A DNA stretch of 63,678 nt, filler included, from Phoronis australis (GCA_002633005.1; 8 parts of 8 records of this genome joined end to end with filler, not necessarily neighbours in it), one strand, 5' to 3'; counted from the whole stretch's first letter, positions 11,601-23,376 are shown. Made by a program: numbers and translations. The notes: generated by a model not told the origin, from the letters alone.

Positions 11601-14600
11601 TCTGGCACTTATCATGTCTCTTGAGTTTTTCTTAAGATAATTTAAAATCCTTCTCGATTTCGTCGCATGAACGTGGCTCATAAGTTTCGTGAAACCATAT
11701 TTGTGCAAATCTGGGTATGAGTCGCGCCACCAGCAAAAATTTTTGTTGGAACATCTGCTTATACACACCTTTTTAGCATGCGAAAAGTCGTATATGAAAA
11801 GGTGTGGTGTGTGTGTGGGTTTAGCCAACTACCAAATATTCAAGAGCATAAGAAGCACCGACGGGGAGTAAAAAATTGAATATCAGATGATCGCGTAACA
11901 GCAGCCTCAAGTTGTTTAAGAACAAAGACCTGTACTGTTAGTCTCGAAATAAACATGTGTTCTGTCTCGTTATGAGAAAAACTGGCAAACGATGGTGCTC
12001 TCAACACATAGTNNNNNNNNNNNNNNNNNNNNNNNNNNNNNNNNNNNNNNNNNNNNNNNNNNNNNNNNNNNNNNNNNNNNNNNNNNNNNNNNNNNNNNNN
12101 NNNNNNNNNNNNNNNNNNNNNNNNNNNNNNNNNNNNNNNNNNNNNNNNNNNNNNNNNNNNNNNNNNNNNNNNNNNNNNNNNNNNNNNNNNNNNNNNNNNN
12201 NNNNNNNNNNNNNNNNNNNNNNNNNNNNNNNNNNNNNNNNNNNNNNNNNNNNNNNNNNNNNNNNNNNNNNNNNNNNNNNNNNNNNNNNNNNNNNNNNNNN
12301 NNNNNNNNNNNNNNNNNNNNNNNNNNNNNNNNNNNNNNNNNNNNNNNNNNNNNNNNNNNNNNNNNNNNNNNNNNNNNNNNNNNNNNNNNNNNNNNNNNNN
12401 NNNNNNNNNNNNNNNNNNNNNNNNNNNNNNNNNNNNNNNNNNNNNNNNNNNNNNNNNNNNNNNNNNNNNNNNNNNNNNNNNNNNNNNNNNNNNNNNNNNN
12501 NNNNNNNNNNNNNNNNNNNNNNNNNNNNNNNNNNNNNNNNNNNNNNNNNNNNNNNNNNNNNNNNNNNNNNNNNNNNNNNNNNNNNNNNNNNNNNNNNNNN
12601 NNNNNNNNNNNNNNNNNNNNNNNNNNNNNNNNNNNNNNNNNNNNNNNNNNNNNNNNNNNNNNNNNNNNNNNNNNNNNNNNNNNNNNNNNNNNNNNNNNNN
12701 NNNNNNNNNNNNNNNNNNNNNNNNNNNNNNNNNNNNNNNNNNNNNNNNNNNNNNNNNNNNNNNNNNNNNNNNNNNNNNNNNNNNNNNNNNNNNNNNNNNN
12801 NNNNNNNNNNNNNNNNNNNNNNNTCAAATCAAATTATATCTTAGAGTAAAGAAGCTAGTTATCTAAAGAAATCAGCTATAGAGCTGCTCTTTCAGCGGTG
12901 AATCCATCTAAAATGCTTGGCAACTTCAGAAGTGTCGACGGAAGCGCGCCCACAATTGATCTCCGCGCGTTTTGCCGATGATCCACGAAGACTCAAAATG
13001 CGTTGATTTTCATAACAGCAATTTGCAATTCAAAAATTTATTTTTTCAGAGTGAACCCCCCCCCCTCATTTTTTTCCAAGTTGGTTTACTTGGGGTTTAC
13101 ACACGCTGGTGGTGTCGTTTTTGTTTTGGTGACGACGTTTTTGTTTTTTTTTTAATTTTGGGTCCTGGCCCAAGGGGGGGTTTAAACCCCCTGAACCCCC
13201 CCCGTAGATCCGCCTCTGATAAATATGACGTCACATAACAACAAGCCAAATCACACAGTAACAAGAAATCGTCACAATGCCAATGAGTTCCGTATCGCTG
13301 AGACATTCCCAGATGAAATGAGTTCTCGAAAGCACATGACAGTATTATTCCTATGTATGCAGGATAACCTATATCTATGTATGTAGGATAACATATATAT
13401 TTGTTTGTAGGATGACCTATATCTATGTATGTAGGATGACCTATATCTATGCATGTGCAAGGATGCAGAATGGTGAATGTTGGCCAAATCCCCTTTTGTC
13501 CACTGACGTCACAAGCATACTGGCGGCCCCAGTGGAGGCCCTGAGAACTCGTAAACAAGCATGCTGGCGACTGTGATTAAAGTATTTTTTATGATTTTTC
13601 AAGAGTCGCTATGTTTTAGTGTGTTTTTTAAATAATGTTGCATGTCATACCTCTCAGAAAATTAATATTGTTGCAATAAATTAAGAAAATTGGAATATTC
13701 ATTCTCGCGATCCTGCAACACCATCCAACGAAATGTTCTTCTGTGACGGCAAAGCCAAAGTTTTATCCCCACGCAAAATAGCCTCATTTACGCTAGACTA
13801 AAAAAGGAATCTTTCAATCATAATTAATTGACACTATATGCCATTCATTATTATATACCATGCATTATGTTTTTAGAAAAAAACGACACTCAACGTCCCA
13901 CAATAAATACAAGTCTGTTCGTCAGCTTGGCTCGGCCGTTGCTGGGCTGGATACTTCCGGGTTCATGAACTCGGTTTATTTACGATTTCTCAGGGCCTCC
14001 ACTGGGGGCGCCAGTATGCTTGTGACGTCAGTGGACAAAAGGGGATTTGGCCAACACTCACCATTCTGCGTGGAGGATAACCTATATCTATGTATGTAGG
14101 ATGACCTATATCTATGTATATAGGGTAACCTATATCTACGGTAAAAGAGCAACGCGAGCATGTAGTCCAGAGCTCGTTTCATGTTTCAACTTGAAAGCGA
14201 TGTGCATGTAACAATTCTATCTAAACTGGCGCCAATTCCGTAGAATTTCACTTGTGAAAACCCTATTGCTAATAACTAAATATGTTACTTTCTAAAATGA
14301 TAGTATAAAAGTGACTCAAAAATTAGTTAATAAGCAATTTTTAATTGGTCAGGAAATACCTGATACAAAATAGCCTGATTAATTATAATACACAAATTCA
14401 CAATCTTTCAATTAAAAAGATCTACCATTAACGGTTGATGTACCTAACACCTAACTAAAAGCGTATACCTAAGCTGAATGTGGATTATCCCAGAGCTGGT
14501 GTTTTAAGTGCTCATCCACATTACATTTTACCCAGCCCCTATAGGCGCTCTGTACGCCGGAAGCTTTTCGGCGAATTATGCCTTGCACCGACTAAACCAT

Positions 14601-17487
14601 CAAAGTCACGTTGTTATAAATACCTTTTGTGCATAAAGGAACACCTTAGGAGGTTGTCGATGTGTTTAATGCCTTCCAACTCGAACAAATACTCCCGTTA
14701 TCAAACTTTTTCTTCGAGCAGTCCCTATTTCAGTTCCCAAAATCGTGAACTCAACATTTTCACTCGGCGCACGCCAAAAGATTCTTTTAACTAGGCCGAA
14801 GGTCAGAAGTTGCGGTCCTACCGGCGAACTTTGAAAGCTGAAGTAGGGCTTTAGCCCCCCACTTTTTTCAGTGCTGCGCCACCCATGAAAAATGCACGGA
14901 ATGTTCAGCAACAAGTAGGGTTCCAGTCAGTTTAATTTGAAGACCGTTGACTGCGTTTTGAGCTACTTTCCACATCAAAACGCGAGTAGCAGAACAAGAA
15001 ATCCCGAGTTGAGAGACAAATGGTGAAACTCTCATAACTAATGGGATGACTAACACATGGAAGCTAATAAGGAAGTGTGGCCTAGTGGGATATTATGCGC
15101 CTCCTCACTCAGCAGAGCTCCAAGCGGATGATTATGGGACTTTTTGAAACACTATTTGAGTCTTGTTAGAAAATACAAGTTGTTTTGCTGGTAAATTATT
15201 AGTGAAATTAAGCGACAACTCAGAAAACTATGCAAAGCTTATTCAGAATAAAATGTTGTTCCCTTTTAAGCGCATCCGACTTAACAGAGGTTTACTGCAT
15301 AAAGATAATCAGTTTTCAGGGTCTTTTGCCATTAATGTGTTTAGGTGTGCCAGAACGGAATTGTGACTTTTGACGGTGTCGTTTCGTGGTATACGCCTCG
15401 TCGGATGTCAAGCTCTTCCCAGGACAAGAGGATAATTGCCGTCTATTGGTCAGATATCGACACGAGGTTTGGAGTTGGGAGTATTTACTATGGAAAACAC
15501 ACGAGCGGACCAACACTGGAACGCGGCAAGAACCTGGTTAAAAGTGCGCTTCAGGGTATCCCCAATTTTGACCCAAAGATTGTGATCGTAATTACGTGGT
15601 ACAAATGCACATTCTACGGAGCCAACTTTGTGGGTCGCACTAAGGTACGTACACACACAGCGGAAAGGCAAGGGGGATAGAGTATCTAACGTACATGTGT
15701 ACAGGACACGCTGTTCGTTGAATGCTTCATATTCAAATAAATTATTATTTTGATGATCATTTAAAGGGATAAATTATAGTTACCAGTTGGTGCCAATGAG
15801 TAAAGGCTCGTGTCTCAACACTTGGAAAGATTGACATACTTCATCAGCATGGGGCACGTGTTGGTTGACTACATGAATTCAAGCATGTCTAAGGGTGGCA
15901 CCGTTGTCGCACTGACGCCACCTATTTAAAGTCCTGTGTTGCGTCGCTGTAACAGCAAGACACATATTACATCTTTGTGTTAAATTAAACTCGTTTATAC
16001 AGTAATTAAATTATTATCCTTGGAAGTAACTGGTCACAGATACCCGAATATATCTTTCTATTCTGCCATTTTAACTAACACAAGTTAGAATATAAATTAT
16101 TCTGAAGTAATGCAACCAATGGATTGGACCATGCCCTAGGGGACGAAGCAACAAAACGACAGTTTTGATCAAGGTAGACTCTTCATCATCTTGTTTTGTG
16201 TTTATCGAAGACGCAGTCCTTTTTATATGATAACACATTTCAGCTTAACACCTTCCAACTTGTACTCGTCTCGGACGGACCGAGAACTTTTGGCTTTAAA
16301 ATTTATGACCGTCTTCAGTGGACCACGGGCACGGCGAGTGGTGGATCAGCATCCACTGGATTAGGGGGGAAGGAGGCTGCTGTAAGTTGTTGACGACTTG
16401 CCGTCAATTTTCATAACTACATGTGTTTATAAATCGGTACTTAGGTATACTTGTTCTATATGTACGCAGTGAGCGTTTTCTTGTGTGCCAAATTTTGGGA
16501 AAGGTGCACGTACTCGTCACGCACTGTATAGTTGGCAAAGACTTGACATGTAAGAAATATATATGGTAGTTCAGCAACGAGCTCAAAACAATTGTATCAA
16601 ACAAGAAGGTCTAGGACATATTCCAAATGGTCCGGTTCTTTCCAGTTTTCTAGCGAAACCCGTTACTCTTATCAAGCACGTCACTCTTAATGTGTTGCAA
16701 CATTGCTCTTGTCTTCAAATCCTGCCTTGAGAGGACGTGATTTTCCAATGGAATTGGTATTGAACGAAATCTAAAATGTCAAAATAACATGGATTGATTT
16801 GGTATGATGCCACGTAAAATTGGGTAAGCAATAATGGTAGAGTTGTATATGTACTGTATGAATCGGTCCACACCATTTTAGATGGGATTTTCCAATCGCT
16901 ACTCCAGTTACCAATGGTACCAAGTTCCTGGCTTTTCTTTTACTCCTAATGCACTGATGATGACGAAAGTCACCAACATACAAGGACCCTACGTGCCCGG
17001 ATGGACAGGATGTTGGCTGGACCAGTACAACTTGATCGGCAAATTAGGTAATAATGTCATTTTGCTCTAATACCATGGGCGAGACAGTTACGGCGGAAAA
17101 GTTTGGGCCATGAACTGGAAATGAGCTCAGCTTCACTGGTCAACTACTTCAGTAGCAAAACCGCGGAATCCTAATGCTATTTCCGATAGGCACAGTTTTC
17201 TTCAGCTTTGTCAAGGGAAATATTATACAAAATGTTTCACTTCTCTTACAGCGCCAGTCATGAGGTGCCTGCGTAGACAGAGATGTTGTGTTATGCAGGG
17301 AAACCGGTATCAGCCAGCACCGATCCCCGGATGTACAAAGTTCTACCAATGGGATTACTTGAACTCCATTCCGTGGCCAACCCCACAGTCCTGTCCGGCA
17401 GGCACACGTTTTGACGTGTTCCCGACAATTTGCACATGTAATTGGAAGGCAAACGTCAACAAGAGAACGTGTATGTCAAACTTGTAG
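5551..17487 (+). CDS. Secreted NIDO-domain protein with C-terminal chitin-binding type-2 (CBM14/peritrophin-A-like) domain, 374 aa, 6 coding exons
   Basis: join(5551-5626,6382-6590,15345-15644,16244-16381,16882-17047,17252-17487) gives 1125 nt. All introns are GT-AG with consistent phases (1,0,0,0,1). Signal peptide [26 protein letters not shown]-region motifs [58 protein letters not shown]14 motifs [25 protein letters not shown] at about 17636. Confidence 0.85.
6382..6590 (+). CDS. NIDO-CBM14 gene coding exon 2
   Basis: ESEEERTK...[40 protein letters not shown]; donor gtaagt at 6591. Confidence 0.85.
7573..11395 (+). mobile_element. Academ-superfamily (XPG-nuclease type) DNA transposon with both ends, coding region decayed
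   Basis: Termini TAGTCTAGACG...CGTCTAGACTA with imperfect TIRs of about 170 bp. 3-bp TSD GGC at 7570-7572 and 11396-11398. TAG ends and 3-4 bp TSDs are Academ hallmarks. Confidence 0.85.
8270..10640 (+). pseudogene. Frameshifted Academ transposase/XPG-like nuclease/Cys-rich ORF
   Basis: Fragments across frames: [94 protein letters not shown]. Confidence 0.8.
11420..13218. mobile_element. Non-autonomous hAT-like element with 5-bp TSD (spans an N gap)
   Basis: TIRs caggggcggatctacg and cgtagatccgcctctg; ATAAA duplicated at 11415-11419 and 13219-13223. Confidence 0.75.
13350..14140. repeat. 24-bp minisatellite (gtaggatgacctatatctatgtat) split by a TIR element
   Basis: Copies at about 13350-13455 and 14074-14140, either side of the inverted-repeat element. 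Confidence 0.75.
13465..14069. mobile_element. MITE with about 90-bp near-perfect terminal inverted repeats
   Basis: gcagaatggtgaatgttggccaaatccccttttgtccactgacgtcacaagcatactgg...ctgagaa is mirrored by 13978-14069. Confidence 0.8.
15345..15644 (+). CDS. NIDO-CBM14 gene coding exon 3
   Basis: VCQNGIVTF...[12 protein letters not shown]...[11 protein letters not shown]...; acceptor tttag, donor gtacgt. Confidence 0.9.
15778..16031 (+). mobile_element. Possible solo LTR with AGTTA...TAACT termini
   Basis: Begins agttacc and ends gtaact. Contains a TATA-like cctatttaaa and attaaa. A purine tract lies upstream and tggtcacaga (PBS-like) lies downstream. No TSD seen. Confidence 0.35.
16244..16381 (+). 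CDS. NIDO-CBM14 gene coding exon 4 (NIDO core)
   Basis: [46 protein letters not shown]; acceptor ttcag, donor gtaagt. Confidence 0.92.
16882..17047 (+). CDS. NIDO-CBM14 gene coding exon 5 (end of NIDO)
   Basis: [45 protein letters not shown]... follows the AGF...PGS...TN...PG.W NIDO pattern; acceptor ttttag, donor gtaata. Confidence 0.85.
17252..17487 (+). CDS. NIDO-CBM14 gene last coding exon (chitin-binding domain)
   Basis: Acceptor ttctcttacag; [78 protein letters not shown]. Confidence 0.85.
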
Positions 17488-19437
17488 TTGCTGGCTTGTC
17501 GTGTAATTTCCAAGATATCCTCTTTGTAAAAACCCAGTCAGAAAGAACGTATTTGTTTACTAAATAGTTTACATTAAACTTTAACTGTCGGTATTAATAG
17601 TCTCCGTTCGCGGAGGGATTACTTGTGATGCAAGAAATAAAGAACCCCTTCACTGCTATGTTCAGGTATTTCACTTATTTACCGTTCAGAAATATAGGCA
17701 ACGTGCCTTAATAGTTCTTACGGAGGTCGTGAGACGTCATATACGTATAAATATGTGCTAGATAGCAATCATTTCGAGCAAAACCGCCAGAAGACATAAA
17801 TATACGATCAATTCATTTGTAACATTTAATCAGTCAGTAAGTCAGTTTATCTTTATGCGCCCCCGTACATGTATTTACATGAGGGCGCTCGTTCGTTCGT
17901 TCCTCCGTCCTTCCGTCCGCCCGCCCTTCCTTCCGTCGGTTTTTCCGTCCGTCCGGCGTCCGCCGCTTTATTTCCAAACCCCTTTCATGTATGTTCATGA
18001 AATTTTGTACATACATTTATGGTCCTTTATGGATGGGACGGCAGAAAGCGAATGTTTGGCCGAAATCGATTACCGGTGTGCGCGGTAGAGTCAATTTTAA
18101 TGCTTTACGTTTAACTCTGTATCTTCAATGGTCCGGATTTTTACAAAATATGGCAGACAGGTATTTATTAGTGAGTTGACGTTACATTTTCGTTTTCTGA
18201 CTCGAGGTATTTTGCGCCTACTAGTGGCCTTTTTTAATGTTTTTAAGTATTTTGTGACGTCTGCTCGCACCTCTTTTAACCAAACCACTCTAAGGATGAT
18301 TGTGAAAGCTGGCATACATGTCTCTACTGTGAAGAGGACTGTTGATGATGATTTTCCGACAACTTCGACTTCTGTGACCTCTCCTAGTGGCCCTTTTGTT
18401 TTTTTTTGCGCCCATGGCTGTGTCAACTAACCTTCTGCAGGACATTGATAAAACTTGGAAAGAGTATTTAAATGAAGTTGGCAACGGACGATGACGACTG
18501 TCGGACAGATACGACGAACTCTGTGCACCCTAGTGGCAATTTCCTTTTTTTCGGTTTCCTCTGCTTTTTTGAAGTTCCTTGACGGATTTTTATGGAATTT
18601 GGTAATCAGATTTCCATTAAAGAAATGATGGCATGTTCCCGTTTTCTGATGGATTCAACGCAATTTGCGTCATCTGGTGGCCATTTTTACTGTTTTCCGT
18701 CCCTCTATCAACCAAACTACGCTAAAGATGATTCTGTAAATTGGCATTTATGTTTATACAGTGAAGAGGACAGATACTGATGATTTTTGGAGATCTTAAA
18801 CTAGTGTGGCGCCTCCTGGTGCCACCTTAGTGACATTTTTTTCTTTTGTTGTCCTTTGTATATTTGTATATCCTTGACGCAATTTTATGAAAGGTAATGA
18901 TTAATAAGTTGCTATTAATTAGACGATGAAAGGACCCGTTTTCGGATAGATTCGACGGATAGTGGCCGTTTATATTATGAAAATTTGCAAATCTCCATAC
19001 ATCAAATCGCATGAAGTATCATTACTAAAATTTGGTGATGTGTTCCTGATGAGGAGACTGAGGCTGACGTTGATTTTCGGATGTGTTCAATTTCTCTGGG
19101 ACCCCCTTATGGAAACTTTATTTTTTGTGTCCACGGCTGAATTTCCATTTACCTTTGCAAGATCTTTGTGAAATTCTTATCAACTTGTGTCCCTATGAAG
19201 ATTGCAACAGATAACGACAAGTTTTAGTCTAATCCAACGACAGCTGTGCCCCTTGTGTCAATTTTATTCTTACGTTTGCCTCCGTATCTTCAGAGTTCCT
19301 TAGCTAAAGGCTTTTCGTGAAATTTGGCAAACAAAATTATGCTACAAAGACAATAATACCTTTAATTTTTTGTGATACATTCGATGTATTCTGGACTAAC
19401 AGTGACCATTTTCGTCTGTCCTTTGTCGCTTGCTTCT

Positions 19438-19625
19438 GTAGTAGTAGTAGTAGTAGTAGTGGTAGTGGTAGTGGTAGTGGTAGTGGTAGTGGTAGTGGTA
19501 GTGGTAGTGGTAGTGGTAGTGGTAGTGGTGGTGGTGGTGGTAGTGGTAGAGGTAGTGGTGGTGGTGGTGGTGGTGTGTGTGTGTGTGTGTGTTGTGGTGG
19601 TGGTGGTGGTGGTGGTAGTGGTAGT
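19438..19625. repeat. Compound microsatellite (GTA)n/(GTG)n/(GT)n
   Basis: Directly visible; probably the 3' tail of the adjacent RTE-X copy. Confidence 0.95.
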
Positions 19626-20424
19626 ATTTATTTATTATTGTGACAAGTACAATTAAATCAGTTATAGGTACAACATTCGTAAGAAAGATACGTGCCCAGT
19701 CTAGTTGGGCTTATTAGTCACTTTAACCACACGACTCAGATGTAGGCCTACCATAAATGCGTCGGCTTCTAAGTTCAAAAGCAGACTTGATATATTTGGC
19801 AAATTGCCTAGGGAAATACTGAAATAGCAGTTTTAACGTATCTTATCTACTGAAATATGCAAAGTTCGGGATTTGAAGTGAAACATTACTAAACAGAACA
19901 GACCTCCGTGAGTTATAAAGAGAACAATGAAACACAAAATGTAGCTCATCCTCCACAGAACCAGAATCACAGCACAAGCAAAGTCTTTCACTTACAGGAG
20001 TGTTTACATAACGATCTGTTTCCAAGTGCAATGGGAGATTTCCTGCTTTAAGCTGAGCCAGAAGAGATCGCTTGGAACGAGATAAATTAATCTTTACATA
20101 CGGCTCGTGCTTAAATAAAATGTAGGTTCTTAACTTGGGTTTTGTTACAACATATTCAGCCCACGCATGTTTCGCGTATTCAAATAGTTTGTTTCTAGCG
20201 TCTACTATGTTACAAGTAGTCAAATTTTGAAAACAGGATTGCATGCAAGTTATGTTAAACAAATTTTTGATTCCGTATATCCAACCTTTTCTACCAACAG
20301 AGTAGTCCCATAGAAATACCTTCTTCACTAACCTATCACCACCTGTGGTTACTAGTTTGTTCCAAAGACGCAGCATATTTATTTTAAATCTATCTCCGGT
20401 GGAGTCCCACCCCATATCGCCAAA
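19438..20424 (-). mobile_element. 5'-truncated RTE-X-like non-LTR retrotransposon
   Basis: ORF 19843-20415 contains KPKLRTY..FK, RSLLAQLKAG.LPL.LET.RY and RLCLCC...VEDELHFVFHCSLY..RR (C-terminal zinc finger). AATAAA and a microsatellite tail mark the 3' end. Confidence 0.8.
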
Positions 20425-22415
20425 CTGCGCCGAGGATCATTGTGGAATTCGGCAGATGTGTTCCTACTGACAAGAGCATGACTGGCAGGTCCAACTACTG
20501 CTGGGCCCCCTAGTGATAATTTTTCGCATCTACGAATGTATCTCTTAAAACGCTTGCAAGACCTTGAAATTTTGCAATTTTGTTCCTTGAGAACAGATGG
20601 ACTTATTCAACTATCGCTGAAGTTCCTAATGACAGTTTTTTACGTTAGCCTTTGCAAGTTTGGAGATATTTGATGGATTTTCCTGGACTTTGGCAAAAAT
20701 TTGAGAGACGACACCTTCCCATTTTTTGGATGGATTCAATATATTCTGTGCTATCTAACGGCTATTTCTATGGTACAAATAAACAGCCCTAGAAGCAACG
20801 CCGTTTGCGGAGCACTCATGAGCGCATTTCACCGATCCGCGTTTCTCTTGTACCTATTTGTACCATATATTGAAAATCAACTGCCAGGTTACCGTGTAAA
20901 TGATCACTTGCGTGATATCTTCTGGATTTTGGAGCATGGGACTCGCATCCCGCAAAGCTATGCTATGGGATGCACAAGCGCAGAATTTGGTATGCGCGAA
21001 AGACCACTCGAATTCTTCTGTGTTTCAATCAGATCACGCCCATACTGACCATTCCAGAATAGCCAGCACTGTTACAATGGACATTCATTGGTGAGCCCTG
21101 TAGAATTCAATCTAAAATTTACCTATATGCATACCTATCGCCAGCTTTTCGAATACATTTAAGGTTGGCTTTCGACGTTTCTATATACCATTCGAATAAT
21201 ATACGTGTCGATGTACACGGAATGTAACTAAGGTCTACATGTATACAAACACTTTGCTTGAATACACGTCTGATTGAAGATTTTAAGTACTATTCCACGC
21301 CAGCACCAGTCCTCCAGCGGGAAGGTGGAGGTCCGCCGATTTCCACCAAATTTGGCACATACATGTATGTAGCCCTGAGGGTTTCACAACCGACCTTCCA
21401 AAATATTTCTCACCTAATTATATGCCATAACCACTTTTACGGCACCGAAACAATGCTATCACACCCCAAACACTGAATTTCGAACCGTGTATTTATTAGT
21501 TGGATGGAAGCTAAGTCATTTTACATTATTAAATATTCCGTTTTGAATCCATGTTATTTGCACTACTACAGCGCATCTACCCACACTGCGAATAAAACGA
21601 AACTTGTCCTAAATATTGAACACCTAACACGACAGGACATTTTGTTTCCACATAACGTGTTGCATGTACAACCTAAAAATACCGAATTCGAAAATAAGCA
21701 CATCAACACATGGCCTACAAGGGAACTGATAACCCACATTAAGGAATATTACGATACAGACTTTATCAGAGGAAAATGGCCGAATTTCATTTTTAACCAG
21801 TTAAAGAGGGCGAAGCGGCGCTTCAATAAATTCAAAAGTGCAAACTTATAATTACGCATTGATTTTTGGAGCTGCCACCATTTAACAAATGATCACAAGT
21901 CAGAAAATAATAAAGCAATGGTTTATAATATCGGTTTATCTTTTTATTTTCTCTTAATCACAAGCTCAAAAAATTTACCTTCATGTCAAAATTGTAATAC
22001 AGCAACCCAGATATGTATCATGTTTTAATAAAACAAAACAAAGGTTAAAAGACAAAAGTAGTGTTTTCTCATTACTCTAGTGAACAAGTATTTTCATGGC
22101 CTTTTCAGTACTCGATTTTCTTCAAGTCAGAGTTAACAATACAACCCCATCAAGTACTGTAGTGGAAACAGTCGTACTGGGGCTCAACAGTGATATATTT
22201 GCAATGGAAAAACAAGATTTCGCAGTAATGAAAGTCATTGGCAACAGACTGTACATTCTGTCCACTTCACAAAACATGACGTGGCTATTTCTACAGGCCA
22301 CTGGTTCAAGTGCATTATCATTAATCACCATTGTGTAGTGAAGACGTGGCTTGCTGGATCCAATTAAACAGCGTACAATGAACGGTTCAGCACAACAAAA
22401 TTAGTTTTCAACATG

Positions 22416-22556
22416 GACTTGGTGTATATCACGTGTCCATAAAAGTGAGCCACTTTTTGACTTGGTGTATATCACGTGTCCATAAAAAAGAGTCACTTTT
22501 TGACTTGGTGTATATCACGTGTCCATAAAAGTGAGCCACTGTTTGACTTGGTGTAT
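22416..22556. repeat. 43-bp minisatellite (more than 3 copies, runs into gap)
   Basis: gacttggtgtatatcacgtgtccataaaagtgagccacttttt at 22416, 22459, 22502 and 22545. Confidence 0.9.
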
Positions 22557-23376
22557 NNNNNNNNNNNNNNNNNNNNNNNNNNNNNNNNNNNNNNNNNNNN
22601 TTAATTAATTAANNNNNNNNNNNNNNNNNNNNNNNNNNNNNNNNNNNNNNNNNNNNATTTAACAATTGAAACTAATGGAAAGAAATGCTTTACTCCATGA
22701 TTGGCCTGATTCTTACTACGCAGCCATCACAATGGAAACTTACTAAATATTTTGAAGGTAAATGTAGTCACTGTTAGAAAAATAAAATAATTAAATTGTT
22801 GACAATTCATTGATACATTACCATAACGACAATGAAACATGATGCTGTATTCAAACAGAACAGTGACCTCCAACTGACTTGTAAGTGACTTGTAAAGAAT
22901 GCATTGATATGCGTTAGATACTAATTTGAAGGCATATCCTCACAGAAGTAAGCTTGTGAAACGTAATTTACCAATTCAGCTTATTCATTGAAAAAATGTT
23001 GAATTTTTATTTACGCATCATTAGAATTTCACACGTTTTTGAAAAAACACATTTAAAAAAGCTAAAATGTCCATTTTAATATCAGTTTGAGTACCCAGGA
23101 CAAGCTACACTATGGAGAATGCTTTAACACAGAATCAAAAAAATTAAAGTTTTTGAAAACATTTCTTAAGTCTGGTCAGCAGGCCACCCATAGCGACATC
23201 ACATGGCGTGCTGACCAAACTTAGAAATGTTTCCATATATACAGTTTCACACCAGTTTGAGATGTATAAATCTAAATAAACGTTTCAGTGTACAATTATT
23301 ACCGGCTAAGTCCCAAACAAATCCGACAACCAACAAAGGTTTGCTAATTAAAAGCAAGGTTTGACGGACTACTTAC

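Larger units (their letters stand above)
17853..20760 (+). repeat. Degenerate non-autonomous element with (CCGT)n head and decayed tandem subunits (Helentron/HINE-like), interrupted by RTE-X
   Basis: tttatgcgccccc followed by (cgtt/ccgt)n at 17853-17965, then recurring TGAAATTTGG-like cores (for example near 17998, 18320, 18593, 19027, 19318 and 20444). Confidence 0.45.

Noticed and set aside
11957-12849. Long ORFs in the track (also 28873-30184)
   Set aside because: They are translated N gaps.
19317-19656. Gly/Ser-rich and poly-Val ORFs
   Set aside because: Translations of the (GTA/GTG)n microsatellite.
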